64,000 nt of DNA from a virus (lineage: Duplodnaviria > Caudoviricetes), in IMG/VR virus record IMGVR_UViG_3300005662_000021, positions 32,001-96,000 of that record; one strand, written 5' to 3'. Below the pieces are notes generated by a model. The model had not been told where the DNA came from and did no database searches. It saw only the letters and a program-made list of their open reading frames with translations. Each line of letters begins with the position of its first letter. Position 1 is the first letter of the stretch. Positions 17,421 to 24,382 of the stretch are shown piece after piece. The translations under genes were made by a program, and so were the position numbers.

Positions 17421-17609
17421 ATGATATATTTTAAAATTTACTTTACACTACTTCTTATCACAATCATAGTTGCTGGAGTTACTGGGTCGCTTATGAATAG
17501 CGATACTAAAAGAAGTGATTTATGGTTCAAGATTTCAAACACTTGTTGGATAGCAACATTAGTTATGGTTATTGCAGGCGTATTAACTTCTGTATGGATT
17601 CTACATTAG
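17421..17609 (+). CDS. small two-TM membrane protein
   Basis: Two hydrophobic segments in 62 aa. Confidence 0.55.
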   Translation: MIYFKIYFTLLLITIIVAGVTGSLMNSDTKRSDLWFKISNTCWIATLVMVIAGVLTSVWILH

Positions 17610-17646
17610 AATCTTGTCGGGACTACAAAAAAAAGTTTAAAAAAGA

Positions 17647-17678
17647 TTTGGAATTAAGAAAATCAAATCGTAATTTTG
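17647..17678 (+). promoter_or_regulatory. Bacteroidota-type promoter
   Basis: TTTG-N20-TAATTTTG, 9 nt before tRNA-like RNA at 17688. Confidence 0.7.
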
Positions 17679-17687
17679 TGAGACAAT

Positions 17688-17780
17688 AGTCTTGTGGCGG
17701 AATGGAAGACGCTCGCTTCAAGGTGCGGTTAGTCAACGAAATGTAAAGCTAACGTACAGGTTCGAATCCTGTCAGGACTA
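17688..17780 (+). ncRNA. tRNA-Leu-scaffold RNA, degenerate CAA anticodon arm (copy 4)
   Basis: AGTCTTG/CAGGACT, Leu D-arm, cgc-TTCAAGGT-gcg short arm, gttag/ctaac variable arm, T-arm. Confidence 0.65.
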
Positions 17781-17902
17781 CAAATGTGTTGTTCCTTTGA
17801 GAAAGGAAATATAAAGATGAGTGACATTACTTGAATTATGGAATAGTAACATAATCGTACACTACAACACAGAGGATTTCTCATCCTCAAATTTTTAAAA
17901 AC

Positions 17903-17975
17903 GCACCATTCGACAAGGGGTCTAAGTCACCTCCCTTTCACGGAGGAGTCACGGGTTCGAATCCCGTATGGTGTA
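17903..17975 (+). tRNA. tRNA-Glu(TTC)
   Basis: GCACCAT/ATGGTGT; cctcc-CT TTC AC-ggagg. Confidence 0.92.
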
Positions 17976-18026
17976 CAAATCTCAGAAGTAATTAATCTGG
18001 GGCTGAGAGGTTCGAAACTCACGGAA

Positions 18027-18127
18027 ATGATTATGGTGTAGGCGCACGGAAAGATAAAGTATGAGAATGGTAAGTACCCATTAAAGAAATTGACATCAGG
18101 ATTAAGGTTCGAATCCTTATTAATCAA
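18027..18127 (+). ncRNA. degenerate tRNA-like RNA
   Basis: tgatta/taatca stem, gtg/cac D-like arm, TAAGG-TTCGAAT-CCTTA T-arm, no anticodon arm. Confidence 0.4.
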
Positions 18128-18197
18128 CAAACATTATGTGTATAGGATTTTTGGGTTGTGTATAGGATTTTCGGGTTTTTTGTGATATTTATATAAT

Positions 18198-18779
18198 ATG
18201 GAAGAATTAAATAGACATCAAAAAGCTGCATTGGTAAGTGGTATTAAGCGTAGACAGAAATCACTACAAGAATACTACGAAAATCCTAATATTTGTAGGT
18301 GTTGCAATAAACCAATTATGGTTGGTGAAAAACAAAAAGTTCGTGAGGTTAGAAGAAAAGTTTTTTGTGACCATAGTTGTTCTGCAACTTTTAATAATCA
18401 ACAAAGAGAAATTAAAGAACCGATTAAAAAAAATAAAGAACCAAGACCTAAAAAGGAAAATAAAGAATCTAAACCTAAAAAGGAAAAATTTGAATTTATT
18501 TTAGGTTTAACTAAAAAAGATTTGTTTGAAAAACACGAAATTTATTATAGATTTAGAGCAGTAATTAGGAAACATGCACATTATATTTTCAACAAACATC
18601 ATAAAGACCAAAAATGTAAGGTTTGTGGATATAATACTCACGTAGAAGTTTGTCATATAAAATCAGTTTCATCTTTCAGTGATGATACTCTAATAATTGA
18701 GATAAATTCTATAGATAATTTAGTTGGGTTATGCCCTAATCATCATTGGGAATTTGACAATGGTAAAATAAAATTATAA
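18198..18779 (+). CDS. HNH homing endonuclease
   Basis: CRCC..FCDHSC; CKVCG..EVCHIK..NLVGLCPNHHWEFD. Confidence 0.85.
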   Translation: MEELNRHQKAALVSGIKRRQKSLQEYYENPNICRCCNKPIMVGEKQKVREVRRKVFCDHSCSATFNNQQREIKEPIKKNKEPRPKKENKESKPKKEKFEFILGLTKKDLFEKHEIYYRFRAVIRKHAHYIFNKHHKDQKCKVCGYNTHVEVCHIKSVSSFSDDTLIIEINSIDNLVGLCPNHHWEFDNGKIKL

Positions 18780-18786
18780 CACATCA

Positions 18787-18872
18787 CGCAAGGTGGACGA
18801 GTGGTCAATGTCAGGGGTCTCATAAGCCTCTTCTGCGAAAGTGGAACTTCGGTTCGAATCCGAACTTTGCGT
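18787..18872 (+). tRNA. tRNA-CAT (Met or Ile2) with long variable arm
   Basis: CGCAAGG/CTTTGCG; CT CAT AA loop; ttctgc-GAAA-gtggaa variable arm; U at position 73. Confidence 0.8.
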
Positions 18873-18885
18873 CAAATTATTAAAA

Positions 18886-18971
18886 GGGTGTCTATCCAAA
18901 TTGGTGAAGGAAGCTGTCTGTAAAACAGTTGCTATATGCTAAACTTGGGGGTTCGAATCCCTCGGCACCCA
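18886..18971 (+). tRNA. tRNA-Tyr(GTA)
   Basis: GGGTGTC/GGCACCC; gctgt-CT GTA AA-acagt. Confidence 0.9.
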
Positions 18972-18976
18972 CAAAA

Positions 18977-19178
18977 GAAATGAAACCTTACATAGGATGG
19001 ATTAGCACCATTGAAAGGGAACTTGGCTCTCATAGGGTCGCAACCTAAATCGAGAGTAATAATGACCCAAGTTGCTATGTAGGAGACCCTGCTCTACCGT
19101 GCACGGTATCAGGTGATGGGGAACAAACCATCATTAAACGTCTTGCCCATATAATGCTTATGGAAGGACTTTCATTTC
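18977..19178 (+). ncRNA. unassigned multi-stem structured RNA
   Basis: gaaatgaaa/tttcatttc closing stem; cttacatag/ctatgtagg, ctctc/gagag, taccg/cggta, tgatgg/ccatca internal stems; no ORF. Confidence 0.5.
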
Positions 19179-19184
19179 TAATTT

Positions 19185-19259
19185 GCAGTAATAGCTCAAT
19201 GGTAGAGTTCTTGTCTTCCAAACAAGATGTTGCGAGTTCGAGTCTCGCTTACTGCTCCA
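19185..19259 (+). tRNA. tRNA-Gly(TCC), CCA encoded
   Basis: GCAGTAA/TTACTGC, U73; cttgt-CT TCC AA-acaag. Confidence 0.92.
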
Positions 19260-19275
19260 AATTTAAAAATTCATT

Positions 19276-19488
19276 ATGAATCAGTCCGAATTTAGAAATC
19301 TTAGAACTGGGGATAAAATCCATATTAAGTCTCGTGATGGTTTATATACCTTCTTAAAAAAAGACTTTAGAACTGGTGAAATTCATATAACCTGTAAAAT
19401 ATGGCAATATGAAGAAAATCCGATAAGAGTAACAAGTTTTGATGATTTCAAATGTTTGGCTGGTGGTTTATGGAGAAAAATTATGTAA
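19276..19488 (+). CDS. hypothetical protein
   Basis: 70-aa ORF. Confidence 0.55.
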   Translation: MNQSEFRNLRTGDKIHIKSRDGLYTFLKKDFRTGEIHITCKIWQYEENPIRVTSFDDFKCLAGGLWRKIM

Positions 19489-19561
19489 TAGGAGAAAGTA
19501 AGTCGGTTGGTGTATAGCTTCCTTACGTCTAAAATTTAAGCACGATTACATAATACAAAAA

Positions 19562-19635
19562 GGGGGATTAGCTCAGCTGGCTAGAGCACTTGATTTGCAT
19601 TCAAGAGGTCATCGGTTCGACTCCGATATCCTCCA
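19562..19635 (+). tRNA. tRNA-Ala(TGC)
   Basis: GGGGGAT/ATCCTCC with G3:U70; cttga-TT TGC AT-tcaag. Confidence 0.93.
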
Positions 19636-19667
19636 CTGAAAAATAAACATTGTTTTAAATTTAATTT

Positions 19668-20273
19668 ATGAAAAAATTTTTAGTATTTTTAGTGTTAGTA
19701 GTATTATTGACATCTTGGTCATATACACCCCCACGTAGGGTATTATTTATCGGTGATAGTTTAACCTGTGCAACTGGTGGGTGGCAAGACCAAGTTTCCA
19801 AACATTTTGGATATCAAAGGGTCAATTTATCTAAAGGTGGTGTTAGAACGGATTATATGAGGACAACCCTAAATGCTTGTTTTAAAAACGATTCAGCTTT
19901 TTCAAGTGTTTTTATCTATGGTGGATGTAATGATGCTTTCTCTTATGTAAATCTCCAAGGTGCGGTTAATAACATTCAAATGATGGTTGATAGTTGTAAT
20001 AGAAGAGGAATTGAACCAATTGTGATTGTGGGTTTTAATCCAGCTCAAGTAACAACAAAGACTGTGTATGATGCAGAAACAACCAAGAGATGTGTTGGAA
20101 GATACATTGAGTTTCAAAAGTTGATGGTTCACGAGAAAACTGGTTTAAAAAATTGTAAGATAATTCCAATGGACACTACAATGTTTTATAGTGATACTGG
20201 AGATGGAATTCATTTTGCTGCGAGTGGTCATAGAAAATTTGCTAATTGGGTTATAAATCATATGGAAAAATGA
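19668..20273 (+). CDS. exported SGNH/GDSL hydrolase
   Basis: Signal peptide; FIGDSLT (block I), GGCND (block III), DGIH (block V). Confidence 0.88.
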   Translation: MKKFLVFLVLVVLLTSWSYTPPRRVLFIGDSLTCATGGWQDQVSKHFGYQRVNLSKGGVRTDYMRTTLNACFKNDSAFSSVFIYGGCNDAFSYVNLQGAVNNIQMMVDSCNRRGIEPIVIVGFNPAQVTTKTVYDAETTKRCVGRYIEFQKLMVHEKTGLKNCKIIPMDTTMFYSDTGDGIHFAASGHRKFANWVINHMEK

Positions 20274-20521
20274 AAAAAATATTTTGGTTTTCAATTTTAA
20301 TCACTATCTTTGTATCCTGTAACAAACACCCCACGATAGAACCTGGTGATATTGTTAAGAAGTGTGTAATTGATACGATGTATATTACAGAATCTCCATC
20401 CACAATTGAATTTGGTAAGAGATATAATTATAAAACCGATTGTGATGAATTGATAATGACAAGAAGAAGTGATGTGTATGAAATAGGGGATACAATAACC
20501 TACGTTTATAAAAGAAGATAA
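20270..20521 (+). CDS. putative lipoprotein
   Basis: MKKIFWFSILITIFVSC; start moved to ATG 20270. Confidence 0.65.
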   Translation: MKKIFWFSILITIFVSCNKHPTIEPGDIVKKCVIDTMYITESPSTIEFGKRYNYKTDCDELIMTRRSDVYEIGDTITYVYKRR

Positions 20522-20527
20522 TTATTT

Positions 20528-20613
20528 GCCGTTTTCGCATAGTGGTTGATTGCACTGGATTTGTAACCCAGTTCCGTTAGGACACGTCAGTTCGAATCTG
20601 ACAAACGGCTCCA
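20528..20613 (+). tRNA. tRNA-Thr(TGT) with extra variable hairpin, CCA encoded
   Basis: GCCGTTT/AAACGGC; TT TGT AA loop; tcc-GTTA-gga variable hairpin. Confidence 0.88.
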
Positions 20614-20918
20614 AAAATCCCAATTGATGTAGATAGATTGGGTGGTCAGTAAGCCTAATTGCTCGTATTATGGTTAATATGTCACTATAACCAGGGTTGC
20701 CAAGACCAGATTGTTGGCAGTTTACACGAGATAGTCACTCGCATTTTCTACAAAAGGCAAAAAACACTAGTCCGTTTCTACAGGATGATGGGGCATTGAA
20801 AAAGTGTAGCTAACTTGGAAGATACCCCAAAATTTTTTAAAAAAAACATAGGAAAAAGTGAATAATTCAGGAAGAACAACTATCTTTGTCTTATTAATCA
20901 CTGAAACACATAATCACA

Positions 20919-21149
20919 ATGGCTAAAGAGAAAAAAACAATCCAAGTTGAGTTATTAAAAGAATTCGCAAACAACTATTTGGCTATTCCAATGGTTTCTA
21001 TCCAAGAAAAAATGGGCATTATCACAATGATTGAAAAGGTTCTACACGAATCTAATGCCTATAAAGGTTATATGTATTTAAAACTTGAAGAAAACAATAC
21101 CCCCCCAGCATTTGGTAGTGAGGGGTGGGCAACAAGAAAATATTTTTAA
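20919..21149 (+). CDS. hypothetical protein
   Basis: 76-aa ORF after TATCTTTG motif. Confidence 0.55.
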   Translation: MAKEKKTIQVELLKEFANNYLAIPMVSIQEKMGIITMIEKVLHESNAYKGYMYLKLEENNTPPAFGSEGWATRKYF

Positions 21150-21158
21150 TTTAAAACT

Positions 21159-21431
21159 TTGAATATTATGGCACTTATTTATGTAATCTTGGATAGTAAC
21201 GATAGAATTCCAATTCTAACTGCAAGTAGTATTGAAAAAGCTGAATTACTTTTGAATCAATATATGGGTGTTGAAGGTCCTATATTTGATGAAAGTGTTG
21301 AGTATATAGGTTTTGAACCATTTGATGACAGAGGTTATTATGAAATTTATGAAGGTGAATACAAATATAAGACAGAAGATGGTGAACAAAGATTCATAAG
21401 ATATTGTATGTCATTAGATAGTTTATATTAA
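21159..21431 (+). CDS. hypothetical protein
   Basis: 90-aa ORF. Confidence 0.55.
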   Translation: MNIMALIYVILDSNDRIPILTASSIEKAELLLNQYMGVEGPIFDESVEYIGFEPFDDRGYYEIYEGEYKYKTEDGEQRFIRYCMSLDSLY

Positions 21432-21436
21432 AATTT

Positions 21437-21582
21437 AGTCCTGTGGCGGAATGGAAGACGTTTGGGTGCAAATCCCATTAGCCCAAAGGGGGTTACAATA
21501 TATTGAGGTTCGATTCCTCTACTGGTACGGATGTGTCAGATTGGCGTTGTTGTAAATACAGGTTCGATTCCTGTCAGGACTA
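21437..21582 (+). ncRNA. tRNA-Leu-scaffold RNA with replaced anticodon arm (copy 5), containing a second T-arm
   Basis: AGTCCTG/CAGGACT, Leu D-arm, tttgggt/gcccaaa stem, internal GAGG-TTCGATT-CCTC, terminal ACAGG-TTCGATT-CCTGT. Confidence 0.65.
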
Positions 21583-21683
21583 CAACATTTAAAACATCAA
21601 CTCGTAAAGAAAATGATGGCAAAGAGGTTCAGATAAAGGTAACGAGCTCCTACCTACCCTGAACAAGATGTTTTAATTAATAT

Positions 21684-21797
21684 GGTCAAGTGGCGGAATG
21701 GAAGACGCTAAGTAAGATGGTGTACGTTTGTCCCATAAGAAAGACCGATGCAACAGAAATGTGAAGGGTCGTATAGGTTCAAATCCTATCTTGACTA
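21684..21797 (+). ncRNA. tRNA-Leu-scaffold RNA with replaced anticodon arm (copy 6)
   Basis: GGTCAAG/CTTGACT, TGGCGGAATGGAAGACGC, ATAGG-TTCAAAT-CCTAT. Confidence 0.7.
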
Positions 21798-21800
21798 CAA

Positions 21801-21998
21801 TGAGTAAGAGATACTCAGCAGTCTTAGTAAAGACTTAAATCTATACTCGGTTCTAAAGGGGACATCGTGAACGCCCCTTTCATGGGAATAAAGGCAGGTA
21901 GCAGAGCCTCCCAGTAGCTTGACTAATTTTAAGAGGGATGACCCACAGGTTTATTGAAAGCAAGAAAACCGATATATCTACTCACTTGGAATCTCAGA
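21801..21998 (+). ncRNA. unassigned structured RNA with TACTCAGCA motif
   Basis: tgagta..gata / tatc-tactca long-range stem; internal hairpins; motif resembles TROVE-adjacent RNAs. Confidence 0.45.
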
Positions 21999-22010
21999 GT
22001 GGGGAAATTT

Positions 22011-22098
22011 GCACCCATAGCTCAACTGGACAGAGCAACCGCCTTCTAAGCGGAAGGGTACCGAAAGGTCATTGTAGGTTCGAGTCCTACTGGGTGTA
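22011..22098 (+). tRNA. tRNA-Arg(TCT) with long variable arm
   Basis: GCACCCA/TGGGTGT; CT TCT AA loop; acc-GAAA-ggt variable hairpin. Confidence 0.88.
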
Positions 22099-22164
22099 CT
22101 AAATTTTAATAGTAGCTATTGGTTTGAATTATTGATTTGTTTATATTTATAGTAAAATACTATT

Positions 22165-22770
22165 ATGGAACAAAACAAATTCAATAAAGAAGATTTAGAA
22201 AACTTAATTCACACACAAAATAAGAGTTATCGTGAAATTGGTAAATTGTACGGAGTTAGTGACACTTATATCAAAAAAATAGCAAGAAAACTTGGTATAG
22301 AGTTATTGGTTAGAAAAGTGTTTCCTAAAGATTTTACCCCAATAAATAAAGGTACTTGTGAAATACTTACTTGTAAAAATTGTCTAGCTACTTTTCAAAA
22401 AAAATATGGTAATCCGAAATTTTGTTGTCATAGTTGTAGTATTGATTATAGACAAAAAAATAAATACAATCATTATTTATTCAACCAACAAGAATTTACT
22501 AATTGTATTTCAGATATGAAATGGTTTAAGAAATATATTCTTGAAGAACAAAATGAAAAATGTAATATTTGTAATATTGATAATTTTTGGAATGGTAAAC
22601 CATTGAAGTTCATTTTAGACCATATTGATGGAAATGCCGCTAACAATACAAGAAATAATTTAAGACTGATTTGTCATAATTGTGATTCCCAATTGGACAC
22701 TTACAAATCAAAAAATAAAAATTCGGCTAGAAAAAATAGGTATTTTTTAAACTATAAAAACAAATTATAA
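22165..22770 (+). CDS. HNH homing endonuclease
   Basis: N-terminal HTH; CNIC..LDHIDGN..NNTRNNLRLICHNCDSQ. Confidence 0.88.
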   Translation: MEQNKFNKEDLENLIHTQNKSYREIGKLYGVSDTYIKKIARKLGIELLVRKVFPKDFTPINKGTCEILTCKNCLATFQKKYGNPKFCCHSCSIDYRQKNKYNHYLFNQQEFTNCISDMKWFKKYILEEQNEKCNICNIDNFWNGKPLKFILDHIDGNAANNTRNNLRLICHNCDSQLDTYKSKNKNSARKNRYFLNYKNKL

Positions 22771-22774
22771 AATT

Positions 22775-22948
22775 ATGAAATTTAAAGTAGGAGACAAAGT
22801 TTACAAACCGAAAGGTTACAAATTCCCAGGTATAGTTGTTGCGGTATTCCAAACCACATCTGGTGAAACGAGAATTGTTGCAGAATTAATTGATAATGGT
22901 ATGTTACACATATTTAGTGAGAGTCAGCTTGAACTTGATATAAACTAA
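22775..22948 (+). CDS. small SH3-fold protein resembling DfrB/R67 (not in ORF track)
   Basis: 57 aa MKFKVGDKVYKPKGYKFPGIVVAVFQTTSGETRIVAELIDNGMLHIFSESQLELDIN. Confidence 0.55.
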   Translation: MKFKVGDKVYKPKGYKFPGIVVAVFQTTSGETRIVAELIDNGMLHIFSESQLELDIN

Positions 22949-22966
22949 ATAAATCATTATTAAGAT

Positions 22967-23224
22967 ATGAATTCTAAATTAACACAAAATAAAACACCTC
23001 TTCAAAACGTTATAGATAAAGTTGAAAAACTTACTAGAGAAGCTAAACAGAATACAGAGGAAAAAAGAAAATTAAACATAGTTATTTCTTATCTTTGGGA
23101 CGAGTTACAAAATGAAAGATATGTAATGTCTGAAATTTATGAAAAAAGTAAAAAAGAAGATAATGAAGTAACTGGAAAAATGTGGATTGAAAAAAATTTT
23201 ATAGACTATCAAAAATTTTTATAA
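22967..23224 (+). CDS. hypothetical protein
   Basis: 85-aa ORF. Confidence 0.55.
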   Translation: MNSKLTQNKTPLQNVIDKVEKLTREAKQNTEEKRKLNIVISYLWDELQNERYVMSEIYEKSKKEDNEVTGKMWIEKNFIDYQKFL

Positions 23225-23357
23225 TGAAAGACGAAAATCAAGGTAAAACAAATGACCAAAGAGAATTTGCAATGTTTATGTTCTCTGGTTCAATGTTAGC
23301 ACTAATTGTATTAGGATTGGTTTATCTAATCAAATTTGGATTTAACCTTTAAAAAAG

Positions 23358-23441
23358 ACCTGAGTGGTGGAATGGTAGACACGTTTGGCTTAGACCCAAA
23401 TTCCGTTTAAAGGAGTAAGAGTTCGAATCTCTTCTTAGGTA
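23358..23441 (+). tRNA. tRNA-Leu(TAG)
   Basis: ACCTGAG/CTTAGGT; tttgg-CT TAG AC-ccaaa; variable arm. Confidence 0.9.
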
Positions 23442-23461
23442 CAAAAATTGGACATAAAAAA

Positions 23462-23770
23462 ATGGAAGCAAAAATTCTTAAAAAAGGTATTAATGTTACC
23501 TATTATTTTCCACATGGAAATAATGAACCATTTTGTGTTACATTCATCAAATCAGGATGGAAGGAACATTATCACGTTATATCAGAGTGGGGTGATTCTG
23601 GAGATTTTACTCACAGAGTAATGAAACCTATTGAAATAATTGATATGTACAATTTGACAGCTGATGATTTACCAATTGGTAATGAAATTTATTTTATCTC
23701 TAAAAAAGAAATCTTGGAGCATCCAAATGATTATGATTTAGGTGAATTTGTTCGAAAAAAAATTTCTTAA
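23462..23770 (+). CDS. hypothetical protein
   Basis: 102-aa ORF. Confidence 0.55.
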   Translation: MEAKILKKGINVTYYFPHGNNEPFCVTFIKSGWKEHYHVISEWGDSGDFTHRVMKPIEIIDMYNLTADDLPIGNEIYFISKKEILEHPNDYDLGEFVRKKIS

Positions 23771-23959
23771 TGTAATTTTGTTTTTTTATCTTTGTATCAA
23801 ATAATAAAACTATGAAAAAGAAAGATAAATTAAAAAATACAATTGACGCCATAGGGAATGGTGCTCGTTTGGTATATTTAGAGAAGAACCCTCACGGTTT
23901 CTCCTCAATAACAAAAGTTCATAAAACTATTAAACAATATACTAGAAAAAACAAACGAA

Positions 23960-24382
23960 ATGAAATACAAAATATATTTGGATGATGAAAGAACTCCTAA
24001 TGATAAGGATTGGACTATTGTTAGAAATTATGGTCAATTCATCAAAAAGATTTCTGAAATTGGATTAGAAAATGTAGCAGTAATTTCATTTGACCATGAT
24101 TTGGGCGACACTGCGGTTGAAGAATATTACACAAACGTAATGAATAAAGGTATATTAGATTATGATAATATTGAAGAAAAAACTGGATATGATGCAGCTA
24201 AATGGTTGGTTGAACAATATATGGACAACATTACAAGTCCTTTCCCTCAAGTATATGTTCACTCAGCCAATCCTATTGGAGCTATTAATATTATTAATTA
24301 TGTTAATCGTTTCCTAAGACATATCGGTAAGAAACAAACCGCAAAATTAAAAGTAGAACCTTTCACCATTCAACATAAATAA
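23960..24382 (+). CDS. cyclic-phosphate-processing receiver-domain protein
   Basis: IYLDDERTP, ISFDHDLG, TGYDAAKWL, VHSANPIG motifs. Confidence 0.8.
   Translation: MKYKIYLDDERTPNDKDWTIVRNYGQFIKKISEIGLENVAVISFDHDLGDTAVEEYYTNVMNKGILDYDNIEEKTGYDAAKWLVEQYMDNITSPFPQVYVHSANPIGAINIINYVNRFLRHIGKKQTAKLKVEPFTIQHK

Noticed and set aside
8446-21797. Repeated AGTCCTGTGGCGGAA / GGTTCGAATCCTGTCAGGACT as a CRISPR array
   Set aside because: Copies are dispersed over 13 kb, form tRNA arms, lack regular spacers, and no cas genes are present
8446-21797. Calling the tRNA mimics YrlA-type Y RNAs
   Set aside because: In YrlA the tRNA module is permuted with a closed acceptor; here the 5' and 3' ends form the acceptor stem as in normal tRNA
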